40,660 bases of DNA, taken from Casimicrobiaceae bacterium. Its GTDB lineage: Bacteria; Pseudomonadota; Gammaproteobacteria; Burkholderiales; Casimicrobiaceae. The translations under genes and the position numbers were made by a program. Under the pieces are notes generated by a model. The model was not told the DNA's origin and did not search any database. It saw only the letters and a program-made list of their open reading frames with translations. Below, piece by piece: positions 8,207-17,406 of this stretch. Location: contig JBGPYP010000001.1 of NCBI GenBank assembly GCA_041493285.1, positions 1 through 40,660 on the forward strand. Reading direction: 5' to 3'. Position 1 is the stretch's first letter. Every line of letters begins with the position of its first letter.

Positions 8207-9921
8207 ACGCGCTCGCGGCCGGATCCACACGATGGCGGATCGTCGCGGCTTTCGCGGCTCTGCTCGCCGCGACCACGTTCTTCCTGGCCGCGTACCCGGG
8301 CGTGCGCGCGAGCTGGCATGGTGTGAGCCAGTTTCAGGACGACACGTTCTACTATCTGGTGACCGCGAAGAATTTCCTGCGTCTGGGAATCTTCACCTTC
8401 GACGGTCGCAATCCGACGAACGGCTTCCAACCGCTGTGGATGGCGGCGATCGTCGGTTTGTACAAGTCGATAAACCCCGGTTCGGCACTGGAGTTGCAGA
8501 TCTTCGCGGTGAACGTCCTGGAGAAGACGCTGCTCGGCGTTGCGGTTGCGCTCAGCGTGGCGGCCTTCGTCCAGTCGGTCCGGCGAGACCAGCCGTGGGC
8601 CGCCGGCTATCTCGCGCTTTCTTTGGTGTTGCTCTGTCCTTTCTACTTCGTCTTCGATCAGGGGATGGAGACCACGCTGGCCGTCTTGTTGCTCCTGACA
8701 GTCACGCACGCGTTTCTGTCGGACCGTCTGCTGCTCCTGGGGATCTCGCTGGCGCTATTGTTCCTGACGCGGCTGGACACCGCCGTCTTCGTTGCGGCGC
8801 CTCTTCTCGCGTGGACCCTGGCAACTGCGCGGCGGGACGACAACCGTCGCTGGGCCGCGGTCGCGATATTCGGGGCAACGTTCTTTTCGTATGTCGGGTT
8901 TAACCTGATTACGACCGGACATGCGGTGCCGATCAGTGGCGCGATCCGGTCCTCGTTCCCCGCCCTCCGCTGGCAGGGCGCATTCTTCACCGAGCCGATC
9001 ACGCTGGCGAGAATGTTCGGCTGGGGGTCGCTGTTCCAGGGCATCAATATCGTGGAGTGCGCCGGACTCGTCGTCGCCGGCCTGGCGTTGACGCTCCTCG
9101 CTCGACCGGCAGCGGAAGTGCGGAACAAACTGCTGGCGTTAGCGACAGTCTCGGCGCTCCTTATTGCCAATCTGCTCATGTTTCAGAAGTGGGACAAGAG
9201 CCTCGACCCGCGGTATCTGGCGATGCCGATGGCCATGGCGACGGTGTTCTGCGCGAACGCTCTGGCCGTGACCTGCCGTCAGGCGAGAGCATCGCTCGCA
9301 AGGCGCGCCGCGGCGGGTTCGCGCGGCGCTCGCTCCTCCACGACTGGACGTCTGATGCCTGCGGTCGCGGGCGCGCTGCCTGTTGCTCTGATCTTGATCC
9401 TCATGCTCGCGGAGGCCGGGGCCCATCTCGCGAGGTTCGGCGCCTTTGCCGGGCGCACCGAAGATCCCATCCGGCAGATCTTCTCCGAGATCGGCAATCT
9501 GCTGCCGCAGGACGCGGTCGTGGCCGGGACGGACGTCGGCGCTATTGCATTCTGGACGCAGCGGAGGGTCGTGAACCTGGACGGCGTCATCAACAACTTC
9601 GAGTACCAGGAGTATCTTCGCGCCGGCGCGCTGCGCGACTATCTGCGGCGGCAAGGCGTCACGCATCTCGCGACCGCGCTGTGGGACCGCGAGCAGACGT
9701 ACACCGGGCGGCCGATCGAGCCGATGTACCGCACGGTGCTCGACCCGCCTGCGGTGCGCGGAGTCGACTACAAGCAGCACGAATTCTTCGTCTACTCTTA
9801 TCTTTACGGCGTGTATTCGGACGAGATCGTGCTGACTCCGGCCGACGAAGTCTACCGGAAGTTCCTCGGCAAGAACGGCATCGCGGATACGGCCTACGTC
9901 GTCTACCGCTTCCGTGGCTGA
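8203..9921 (+). CDS. GT-C-type polytopic membrane glycosyltransferase candidate with a C-terminal soluble domain
   Basis: 572 aa. The first loop carries FQDDTFYYLVTAKNFLRLGIFTFDGRNPTNGFQPLW (DDxxY acidic motif). There are 10 or more hydrophobic helices, then a soluble domain of about 170 aa. It is translationally coupled to the upstream gene. Confidence 0.62.
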   Translation: MNALAAGSTRWRIVAAFAALLAATTFFLAAYPGVRASWHGVSQFQDDTFYYLVTAKNFLRLGIFTFDGRNPTNGFQPLWMAAIVGLYKSINPGSALELQIFAVNVLEKTLLGVAVALSVAAFVQSVRRDQPWAAGYLALSLVLLCPFYFVFDQGMETTLAVLLLLTVTHAFLSDRLLLLGISLALLFLTRLDTAVFVAAPLLAWTLATARRDDNRRWAAVAIFGATFFSYVGFNLITTGHAVPISGAIRSSFPALRWQGAFFTEPITLARMFGWGSLFQGINIVECAGLVVAGLALTLLARPAAEVRNKLLALATVSALLIANLLMFQKWDKSLDPRYLAMPMAMATVFCANALAVTCRQARASLARRAAAGSRGARSSTTGRLMPAVAGALPVALILILMLAEAGAHLARFGAFAGRTEDPIRQIFSEIGNLLPQDAVVAGTDVGAIAFWTQRRVVNLDGVINNFEYQEYLRAGALRDYLRRQGVTHLATALWDREQTYTGRPIEPMYRTVLDPPAVRGVDYKQHEFFVYSYLYGVYSDEIVLTPADEVYRKFLGKNGIADTAYVVYRFRG

Positions 9922-9986
9922 GGCGGCTCCCCACACGTCAGGATCCGCTCCAAGTGGCCCCATTTCCAACCGACGACGGCAGTGCG

Positions 9987-11558
9987 ATGTCGAGACGATA
10001 TATCGGTGCGACGGCGCTCCTCGCCATGCTGACGGTGCTGATGCTCGTCGTGTTCTTTCCCCTGTTGGCCGACGACGCGTACATCGTTGCGCGCTACGTG
10101 CGTCAGCTGTACGACGGCCACGGACTGGTCTTCAATCCGGGCGAGCGGATCAACGCGGTGACCTCGCCGCTCCTGACGCTCGTGCTCGCGTTCGTCTATC
10201 CGGTGAGCCACGACGCGGTCGACGCATACCGAGTCGCAGCGGCCGCACTGACCGCGTGGACGCTGGTGGCCATTTCACGCCGCGCCTACGCCGCGCTTGC
10301 CGAAAGGTTCCTGTTTCTCGCCTTGACGCTGGCGTCGCCGTTCGTCTGCTTCTGGGCGATCGGCGGTCTCGAAACGCCGCTGCTGCTATGTGCGTGCTCC
10401 TGGTTGACGTGGCTGGCCCTTTCGGCCAACGCCGGGAACGACCGGCGGCGGGCATGGCAGATCATCGGCCTCGCAACGGTCGCGGTTCTGACGCGCTACG
10501 ACGCCGTGTTGTACGTCGCACCGGCGGCCGCGCTGTACTTCTGGCGCTACCGAACCGACGCGCGCACGATCGGCGTTGCGATCGGCTGCGCCGCGGTCGT
10601 GTCGGCGTGGATTGGGTTCACTTACGCGTACTACGGCGACATTTTTCCGACCTCGTTCTACGTCAAATTTTCCGGAGACAAGCCCTTCGGCGGTGTGATG
10701 CGCGGTGCAGCGTATGCTCTGAGCTTTGGCGTCCTGGCTTTGGTCTTACCGGCAGCGGCGCTCCGTTCCTGGAGGCGGACGCCGCTGCGCGACGACCGGC
10801 GATCCGCGTTCCGGATACTCGTGGCCGGCGCCGCTTTGGAGATGGGGTATGCGATCCTCGCCGGCGACAAGCACATGATGTACGCCTACCGGCTTTTCGT
10901 GCCCTACCTGCCGTCGCTTGTGCTGCTGCTGTCGCGAGCAGGTGCGGCGCGCGGAATGAGCGCGAACGCCGACCGAACCCGAACAGTGTGGGTATACGCG
11001 TGCCTCGGCTACCAGGTGCTGTTGGCGGCATGCCTGTACTATCTCAGCGAGAATCCGAATCTCTCCCTGCTGTTGCGCAAGCAGGAGATCGGCAGCGAAA
11101 CCTACGAATTCTCGACCATCGGTGCCAGGCACACCAAGCCGTTCCTGGCCGCCGTCCGAGCGTCGGCAAGGGAAATCGACGCGCACTGGAACACCGTTTC
11201 CGTGAACAAAGCCCGGCCGATGAGAATCGCCGTGCTGACCGGCGGCGCGCTGCCTTACAATCTGCCCAACGCATATGCGCTCGAGTCTCTCGTGAGCTAT
11301 CGACACCGATGCAGCAGCGGTGATCTGGTTTCGTTCGCCGACTACGCCCAGGTTGTGCAGAATGCCGACGCGCCATCCTCCCCCGCAAAATTATTCGGCC
11401 GTGAAGACGCCGCCTGGCAGTTGATCAGCAAGCACGAGATGACCGTCAACGGGTTGCAGAACAAGCCATTCCGTCTGCGCGTCGACATCTGGTATCAGGA
11501 GCATCCGGCACCTCTGATCCTGCCGGCGAGGATCGACCAACCGTGCCTCGGAGCGTGA
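9987..11558 (+). CDS. GT-C-type polytopic membrane glycosyltransferase candidate (arabinofuranosyltransferase-like by context)
   Basis: ATG 9987 (MSRRYIGATALLAMLTVLMLVVFFPLLADDAYIVARYVRQLYDGHGLVFNPGERINAVTSPLL) gives a DDAYI motif after the first TM helix, followed by many TM helices. An alternative in-frame GTG lies at 9954. The rest of ORF 9057-11558 upstream is an Arg-rich shadow of the previous gene. The stop lies 1 nt before the UbiA-family gene. Confidence 0.68.
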   Translation: MSRRYIGATALLAMLTVLMLVVFFPLLADDAYIVARYVRQLYDGHGLVFNPGERINAVTSPLLTLVLAFVYPVSHDAVDAYRVAAAALTAWTLVAISRRAYAALAERFLFLALTLASPFVCFWAIGGLETPLLLCACSWLTWLALSANAGNDRRRAWQIIGLATVAVLTRYDAVLYVAPAAALYFWRYRTDARTIGVAIGCAAVVSAWIGFTYAYYGDIFPTSFYVKFSGDKPFGGVMRGAAYALSFGVLALVLPAAALRSWRRTPLRDDRRSAFRILVAGAALEMGYAILAGDKHMMYAYRLFVPYLPSLVLLLSRAGAARGMSANADRTRTVWVYACLGYQVLLAACLYYLSENPNLSLLLRKQEIGSETYEFSTIGARHTKPFLAAVRASAREIDAHWNTVSVNKARPMRIAVLTGGALPYNLPNAYALESLVSYRHRCSSGDLVSFADYAQVVQNADAPSSPAKLFGREDAAWQLISKHEMTVNGLQNKPFRLRVDIWYQEHPAPLILPARIDQPCLGA

Positions 11559-11559
11559 C

Positions 11560-12438
11560 GTGACTGGGAGGTTCGCAGCACTGGTGCGCTCGATGCGGCC
11601 GCACCAATGGGTGAAAAACGTGCTGCTGTTCGTGCCTCTCGTCACGGCGCACAAGATCAGCGATCCACAGGCATGGGGAAGCGCCCTGCAAGCCTTCCTG
11701 GCAATGTCCCTCGCCGTCGCGGCGATCTACATCGCCAACGACCTGCTCGACCTGGAGGCCGATCGCGCGCATCGGTCGAAGTCCGGTCGTCCGTTTGCCA
11801 GCGGGGAGCTGTCCATCTGGGCAGGGCTCGGGTCCATCCCGGTGCTTCTTGCGGGAGCGGTGCTCGTAGCCCTCACGCTACCGCTCGCGTTCCTTGCCTG
11901 GATGGGCGTGTATGCCGCCGTGGCGCTAGGCTACTCGCTGTGGCTGAAGCGCTTCGCCGTGGTCGACGTGCTGCTGCTTGCGACCCTGTATACAGTACGG
12001 CTGATCGCGGGCGCCGCGGCGATCGCCGTGCCGATGTCGACTTGGCTGCTGGCTTTCTCGATGTTCTTCTTCTTTAGCCTCGCGTTGCTGAAGCGATTCG
12101 AGGAAATCCATGCCAACCGTCGCGCCAATGACCCCGTGCCGGTGCGAGGCTATCGCCAATCCGATCTGGAGCTGGTTGCGATCTTCGGGATCGCGAGCGG
12201 CTATCTTTCGGTTCTGGTCATGGCGCTCTACACGGATAGCCGGGAGATCGCGGTGCTCTACTCCCATCCCGGTTGGCTTTGGGGCTTCTCTCCGTTGCTG
12301 CTCTACTGGATCAGCCGCATGTGGCTTCATGCATCCCGCGGCGAGATGCACGACGACCCGATCCTCTTCGCCACAACCGACTGGTCGAGCTACGCCGTCT
12401 TGGCAGGACTCGGCGGGTGCATGTTTCTGGCGAGCTAG
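11560..12438 (+). CDS. UbiA-family polyprenyl-phosphate phosphoribosyltransferase (decaprenyl-phosphate 5-phosphoribosyltransferase, Rv3806c-like)
   Basis: MRPHQWVKNVLLFVPL, NDLLDLEADRAHRSKSGRPFASGE (Asp-rich motif 1) and 8-9 TM helices. It is much closer in motif layout to the DPPR synthase subgroup than the canonical ubiA at 16492. GTG start at 11560. It sits next to DprE1/DprE2 homologs. Confidence 0.8.
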   Translation: MTGRFAALVRSMRPHQWVKNVLLFVPLVTAHKISDPQAWGSALQAFLAMSLAVAAIYIANDLLDLEADRAHRSKSGRPFASGELSIWAGLGSIPVLLAGAVLVALTLPLAFLAWMGVYAAVALGYSLWLKRFAVVDVLLLATLYTVRLIAGAAAIAVPMSTWLLAFSMFFFFSLALLKRFEEIHANRRANDPVPVRGYRQSDLELVAIFGIASGYLSVLVMALYTDSREIAVLYSHPGWLWGFSPLLLYWISRMWLHASRGEMHDDPILFATTDWSSYAVLAGLGGCMFLAS

Positions 12439-12442
12439 TACA

Positions 12443-13183
12443 CTAAATCTGCAAACGGTCGAATATCGCGCTGGGAAGAGCGCGGATGACGAACATGACC
12501 GGGCGCCAGAACCACGGCACGTAGATGAGGCTCCTGCGCCGGTCGATCGCGTGGCAGACGGCCTTCGCGACTTGTTCCGGCGTCGCCCAGAGCGGGCCCT
12601 TCTCGAAGCGCGTGGTCATCGGTGTGTCGACGAACCCTGGCTTGACCGTCAGGACGTTGACACCCTGCGCGTGTAGCCGGATGTGCAGGCCCTCGAGGAA
12701 CACCGCTACGCCGGCCTTCGCCGCACCGTAGGCGTAGTTGCCGCGCTTGCCGCGATCGCCGGCGACCGAGCCGAACACCACCAGGCTCCCGTGGCGCTGC
12801 CGCTCGAGCTGTGCGGCGACCACGGATGCGAGACTGACCACGCCGGTAAAATTGGTGTCGATGACGCGCCGAAGCTCGTCGAAGTCGTTTTCGCAGCGCT
12901 GCTGATCGGGGAGCACTCCGTGCGCGATCAGCACGATGTCCAGGCTTCCAAGCTCGGTCACGGCGCGGTCGACCAGGGACTTGTGTTGCGTAGAGTCATT
13001 CAGGTCGGCGGTGACCGGCACGGCCTTGGCCGCACCGCGCACGGTCAAATCCGCCGCATTCGCCTGAACTCTGCCTGGGTCGCGTCCCACGAGCACAAAG
13101 TTTGCGCCCCGCGCGGCGTAGCGTCGTCCGATCGCATGCGCGATCGCCGACGTTGCACCGAAGATGAGGATGTGCGCGGGCAC
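12443..13183 (-). CDS. dprE2: Short-chain dehydrogenase, DprE2-like (polyprenylphospho-2-keto-pentofuranose reductase)
   Basis: ILIFGATSAIAHAIG Rossmann motif and YAYGAAKAG catalytic YxxxK. The C-terminal tail WFWRPVMFVIRALPSAIFDRLQI closely parallels the M. tuberculosis DprE2 tail (...[21 protein letters not shown], from memory). GTG start lies 7 nt after the DprE1-like stop. Confidence 0.8.
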   Translation of the reverse strand: MPAHILIFGATSAIAHAIGRRYAARGANFVLVGRDPGRVQANAADLTVRGAAKAVPVTADLNDSTQHKSLVDRAVTELGSLDIVLIAHGVLPDQQRCENDFDELRRVIDTNFTGVVSLASVVAAQLERQRHGSLVVFGSVAGDRGKRGNYAYGAAKAGVAVFLEGLHIRLHAQGVNVLTVKPGFVDTPMTTRFEKGPLWATPEQVAKAVCHAIDRRRSLIYVPWFWRPVMFVIRALPSAIFDRLQI

Positions 13184-13190
13184 GAGCGGC

Positions 13191-14510
13191 CTACGTCCCG
13201 ACCGCGCCAGCGGTACGCCGCCAAAAACTCGACGCGAACCGCGGATCGATGTACGGCACCAGCGAACGCCACGCGGGGTAGCCTGAATCGAAGACCTGCG
13301 GAGTCATGCAAGCGTCTTTGGCGGGATAGATCCGGCCGCCGTGCGCCATGACGACTTCGTGGCATTCGGCCAGCAGCGCGCGAGTGCTCGGACCCCGGTT
13401 CTGAAAGTCCAGCGCGACAGTGATGCCGGAGACGGGAAACGACAGCAGCCCCGGCGACGTTCTTGCGCCAAAGCGTTTCAGTACGGACAGGAAGGAACCT
13501 TGCCGATGGCGCGAGATCGTTTCCAGGAGAAGCGAAACACCCGCCGCGCTCGTCGCATCGGGAAACGCGCACTGGAGTTGCATGAACCCTTCCCGCCCAT
13601 AGAGCCGGTTCCAGTGCCGGATCGCATCCAACGGGAAAAGGAATGCTTCGATGCGCACTTGTCGCTCGCCCCGCCCGCGCTTGGCGGCATGATAGATCGA
13701 GTTGAAGATTCTCGCGAACGTTGGACGGAGCAACCATCCCGGCATGTCGAACGGAACCGAGAGTCGGGGCGCGGGGCGTGTTGCCGCCAACGTGCCGTCG
13801 GCTTCGTCGACGTGCCGCGCGCGGCTGAAGATACCGTGAAGCGTCCCGTCGGCGTACGAATAGCAATCGAACCAGGCTACGGTGTATTCGAATTCGCGGT
13901 CCGATTCGTTGCTCAAGGCGAGGAATTCTTCCAGGCTCGTGAACGCAATGTCTTCGACCTCGACCAGTGCGCTTACGAGTCTTCTCAGCTTCAGCTCCAC
14001 CCAGGTGATCAGCCCGGTCAATCCCAGCCCGCCTATCGTCGCGCGGAACCAAGCCGGATTATCCTGCTCCGAGCAGAGAAGCCGCTGGCCGCCCGAACGC
14101 AAGAGCTCGAAGCGAGCGAGGTGGTTTCCAAACGTACCCGCGTGATGGTGATTCTTGCCGTGGACGTCGTTCGCGATCGCGCCTCCCACCGACACGTATT
14201 GTGTTCCGGGTACAACCGGCAGGAACCACCCCTTCGGCAGGCAAACGTCGATGATCTCGGCGAGCGTGATCCCGGCCTCGCAGGTGATGGTCCCTGCGAC
14301 CGGGTCGAACGCGATGAATCGATCCAGTCGGTGAGTCGCCAGGACCAGGCCTTGGGCATTGAGACAGCTGTCGCCATAGCTGCGGCCCTGTCCATACGGA
14401 AGTATCGTCGTCGCGTCGGGCCCTGGCAACGGATCGGTCCGCGCCCAGAGCGTCGCACTCGCCTGTTTGGTCCCAGGTAGCCGGCCCCAGGATTCCGGGC
14501 TGTCGCGCAT
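13191..14510 (-). CDS. dprE1: FAD-dependent oxidase, DprE1-like (polyprenylphosphoryl-beta-D-ribose 2'-oxidase)
   Basis: Start at ATG 14510 (MRDSPESWGRLPG). Motifs GQGRSYGDS, VPGTQYVSVGGAIANDVHGKNHHHAGTFGNH, ATIGGLGLTGLI, FLFPLDAIRHWNRLYGREGFMQLQ and HGGRIYPAKD line up with remembered Rv3790. The upstream 311 codons of ORF 13191-15443 are a shadow of the reductase gene. Confidence 0.85.
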   Translation of the reverse strand: MRDSPESWGRLPGTKQASATLWARTDPLPGPDATTILPYGQGRSYGDSCLNAQGLVLATHRLDRFIAFDPVAGTITCEAGITLAEIIDVCLPKGWFLPVVPGTQYVSVGGAIANDVHGKNHHHAGTFGNHLARFELLRSGGQRLLCSEQDNPAWFRATIGGLGLTGLITWVELKLRRLVSALVEVEDIAFTSLEEFLALSNESDREFEYTVAWFDCYSYADGTLHGIFSRARHVDEADGTLAATRPAPRLSVPFDMPGWLLRPTFARIFNSIYHAAKRGRGERQVRIEAFLFPLDAIRHWNRLYGREGFMQLQCAFPDATSAAGVSLLLETISRHRQGSFLSVLKRFGARTSPGLLSFPVSGITVALDFQNRGPSTRALLAECHEVVMAHGGRIYPAKDACMTPQVFDSGYPAWRSLVPYIDPRFASSFWRRTAGAVGT

Positions 14511-14518
14511 GCGGTCGC

Positions 14519-15550
14519 CTACGCCGGCGCTTCCGCTTGCACCGCGTAAGTGAACGAGTCGGCGAAGAATTCCTCCGCCGGCAGGCCGCACTGCGTCGTG
14601 AAATCGCGCCTCGCGGCGTCGATCATCGCCGGCCCGCCGCAGGCGTAGACCTGATAGCCGGACAGATCCGGGAAGTCCGTCATCACCGCCTTGTGCACGA
14701 GGCCCGTGCGGCCCGGCCAGTGGTCTTCGGGCAACGGATCGGACAGCACCGGAATGAAGCGGAAGTCGCGGTGCTTCGCCTGCCAGCTTCCCGGCAGATC
14801 GGGCAGGTAGAGATCGCGCAAGCTGCGCACGCCCCAGTAGAGGACCATCGGCCGCTGCACGTCGTGGTGCAGCGCGTGCTCGATCACGGCCTTGATCGGC
14901 GCGAAGCCGGTGCCGCCGGCGACGAGGATGATCGGTTTGTCGGAATCCTCGCGCAGGTAGAACGTTCCGAGCGGCCCTTCGAAGCGCAGGATCTCGCGGC
15001 CCTTGTACTCGTTGAAGAGCGCGCCGCTGAAATAGCCGCCGGGCACGTGGCGAATGTGCAGCTCGAGCAGCGAGTCGTCCTCGGGCGCGGTCGCGATCGA
15101 GAAGCTGCGCCGCCGGCCGTCTTTGAGCATCAGATCGATGTACTGCCCGGCGAGGTATTGCAGCCGCTCGTTGGCGGGCAGCTTGAGCGCTACGATCGCG
15201 ACGTCGGGCGCGGGTTTGTCGATCTTCTCGATCCGGCAGGGCAGCTTGCGGATCTGGATGTCGCCGGCGCGCCGCACTTCGCGCACTTCGATCGTGAGCG
15301 GCGTCTTCGGCTTGGCGACGCAGAAGAGCGCGAGCCCTTGCGCCTTGTCCGCATCGGTGAGCGTCCCCGGCTGGTGCGCGCCGTAGTCGACCGCGCCGTC
15401 GAGAATCTTTCCCTTGCACGTGCCGCAGGCGCCGTTGCGGCAACCGTAGGGAATCATCAGGTCGGCGCGCATCGCCGCGGCGAGCACGGTCTCGCCGTCG
15501 TCGCAGGCAAAGCTGTGCCCGCTGGGTTTTATGGTAATCTGGAACGGCAT
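14519..15550 (-). CDS. 2Fe-2S ferredoxin-NAD(P)H:flavin oxidoreductase fusion (Fre / CDP-6-deoxy-3,4-glucoseen reductase AscD-like)
   Basis: Start at ATG 15550 ([23 protein letters not shown]). Plant-type ferredoxin Cys cluster [11 protein letters not shown]...C, FAD-binding RSFSIA and NAD-binding [11 protein letters not shown]. The stop lies 8 nt upstream of the dprE1-like start. Confidence 0.85.
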   Translation of the reverse strand: MPFQITIKPSGHSFACDDGETVLAAAMRADLMIPYGCRNGACGTCKGKILDGAVDYGAHQPGTLTDADKAQGLALFCVAKPKTPLTIEVREVRRAGDIQIRKLPCRIEKIDKPAPDVAIVALKLPANERLQYLAGQYIDLMLKDGRRRSFSIATAPEDDSLLELHIRHVPGGYFSGALFNEYKGREILRFEGPLGTFYLREDSDKPIILVAGGTGFAPIKAVIEHALHHDVQRPMVLYWGVRSLRDLYLPDLPGSWQAKHRDFRFIPVLSDPLPEDHWPGRTGLVHKAVMTDFPDLSGYQVYACGGPAMIDAARRDFTTQCGLPAEEFFADSFTYAVQAEAPA

Positions 15551-15592
15551 CGATTCGTTGGCTGGCAGGGTCGTTCCGCGCAGGGCACCAGA

Positions 15593-16495
15593 GTGATACG
15601 CGTACTGTTGATTGGCTGCGGCGACATCGCCCTGCGCACCGCCGGGCTTCTGCGCGGCCGGGTCCGCCTCTACGGGCTCACGCGCCGGCCGGAAGACATC
15701 GTCAAGCTTCGCCAGCGCGGCATCGTCCCGATCGTCGGCGACCTCGACCGCTATCACAGCCTCGATCGCCTGCGCGCTGCGCCATTCGCCGTGTTGCATT
15801 TCGCGCCGCCGCCCGGCGAGGGCCGCGACGACCCGCGCACCGCGCGGCTCATCGCGGCGCTGACAAAGGCGCGGATTATACCGCAGCGGTTCGTCTACAT
15901 CAGTACCAGCGGCGTCTACGGCGACTGCGCGGGTGCGCACGTGACCGAAGCGCGACCGCGCCGCGGACAGACGCCGCGCGCCCGCCGCCGGGTCGCGGCC
16001 GAGGATCGCCTGCGGCGCTGGGCGAAGCGCTACGGCGTCCGGCTGGCGATCTTGCGCGCGCCGGGCATTTACGCCGAAACGCGTCTTCCGCTCGACCGCT
16101 TGAAGCAAGGCACGCCGGTGCTTCGGCCCGAGGACGACGTTTTCACCAACCACGTTCATGCCGACGATCTGGCGCGCGCGACGGTGGCCGCCCTGTTCCT
16201 CGGCAAGCCGAACCGCGCCTACAACGTCTCCGACGACGCGGAGCTGCGGATGGGCGACTGGTTCGACGCGGTCGCCGACGCGTTCCAGCTGCCGCGTCCG
16301 CCGCGCGTGTCGTGGGAGGAGGCGGAGACACGCATCGCGCCGCTGTTGCTGTCGTTCATGAGCGAGTCGCGGCGGCTGTCCAACACGCGCATGAAACGCG
16401 AGCTGCGCGTACGGCTGCGCTATCCGACGCCGGCGGTCCTGCTCGCCGAAGTTGCGCCGCGCGAGCTGAAAAAGCAGATTCCGCTGCCGCTATGA
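15593..16495 (+). CDS. NAD-dependent epimerase/dehydratase-family (extended SDR) protein, function unknown
   Basis: GTG 15593 ([18 protein letters not shown] Rossmann), [10 protein letters not shown] and [10 protein letters not shown]. The rest of ORF 14537-16495 upstream is antisense to the reductase gene. The stop overlaps the ubiA start (ATGA at 16492-16495). Confidence 0.7.
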   Translation: MIRVLLIGCGDIALRTAGLLRGRVRLYGLTRRPEDIVKLRQRGIVPIVGDLDRYHSLDRLRAAPFAVLHFAPPPGEGRDDPRTARLIAALTKARIIPQRFVYISTSGVYGDCAGAHVTEARPRRGQTPRARRRVAAEDRLRRWAKRYGVRLAILRAPGIYAETRLPLDRLKQGTPVLRPEDDVFTNHVHADDLARATVAALFLGKPNRAYNVSDDAELRMGDWFDAVADAFQLPRPPRVSWEEAETRIAPLLLSFMSESRRLSNTRMKRELRVRLRYPTPAVLLAEVAPRELKKQIPLPL

Positions 16496-17406
16496 ACAGG
16501 GACGGCGCCGCCACGCCGCCGCAAACACGCTGGGAGAAGATCGCCGCGCGCCTCGACGCGTACGAGCGGCTGATCCGCCTCGACAAGCCGATCGGCACGC
16601 TGCTGCTCCTGTGGCCGACGCTGACCGCGCTATGGATCGCGACCTCGGGCGCGCCGTCGTGGGTGATCATCGGGATTTTCGTGCTCGGCACGCTGCTGAT
16701 GCGTTCGGCGGGCTGTGCGATGAACGACTACGCCGATCGCGACTTCGACGCGCACGTCGAGCGCACGGCAAGCCGACCCCTGGCGCGGCGCGAGATCGAG
16801 CCGTGGGAAGCGCTGGTCGTCAGCGCCGCGCTCGCGCTGTGCGCGTTCCTGCTGATCGTGCGCTTCAACAGGTTCACGATTCTTCTTTCTATTCCAGCGC
16901 TCGGGATCGCGATCGCATATCCGTTCTTCAAGCGCTTTTTCGCGCTGCCGCAGGCGTTCCTTGGGATCGCGTTTTCGTTCGGCATCCCGATGGCCTTCGC
17001 CGCCGTGTACGGAACGGTTCCGGCGGCGGGCTGGTGGCTATTCGGCGCCAATTTTTTCTGGGTCGTCGCCTACGACACGGAATACGCGATGGTCGATCGC
17101 GACGACGACCTGAAGCTGGGCTTGCGGACCTCCGCGATCGCCCTCGGCCGCTTCGACGTGCCTGCGGTCATGCTCTGCTACGCGGTCTATCTTGCACTGC
17201 TGATGTGGATCGGGCGCGCGCAGAGCCTGGGACCGTTCTTCTACGCGGGTGTGCTCGTCGCGTCGCTGCTCGCGCTGTGGCACTTGTGGCTTATTCGCAA
17301 GCGCGAGCGCGCCGGGTGCTTCCGCGCGTTCCTCGGCAACCATTGGCTGGGGCTGGCCATCTTCGCCGGGACCGTCGCGGACTACGCCTTCCGCGCGCAG
17401 CAATAG
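16492..17406 (+). CDS. ubiA: 4-hydroxybenzoate polyprenyltransferase
   Basis: [51 protein letters not shown] (NDxxDxxxD) and [22 protein letters not shown] are canonical UbiA motifs. Confidence 0.92.
   Translation: MNRDGAATPPQTRWEKIAARLDAYERLIRLDKPIGTLLLLWPTLTALWIATSGAPSWVIIGIFVLGTLLMRSAGCAMNDYADRDFDAHVERTASRPLARREIEPWEALVVSAALALCAFLLIVRFNRFTILLSIPALGIAIAYPFFKRFFALPQAFLGIAFSFGIPMAFAAVYGTVPAAGWWLFGANFFWVVAYDTEYAMVDRDDDLKLGLRTSAIALGRFDVPAVMLCYAVYLALLMWIGRAQSLGPFFYAGVLVASLLALWHLWLIRKRERAGCFRAFLGNHWLGLAIFAGTVADYAFRAQQ

Noticed and set aside
9057-9986. N-terminal 310 codons of the 833-aa ORF 9057-11558
   Set aside because: This Arg/Gly-rich translation overlaps the well-supported GT-C gene 8203-9921 in another frame. 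The recognisable protein begins at ATG 9987, just before the first TM helix and the DDAYI motif.
14511-15443. N-terminal 311 codons of the 750-aa ORF 13191-15443, and the antisense ORF 14537-15592
   Set aside because: Both overlap the strongly supported ferredoxin-flavin reductase gene (14519-15550) and translate to Arg-rich low-complexity sequence. The DprE1-like homology starts at ATG 14510 and the SDR homology at GTG 15593.
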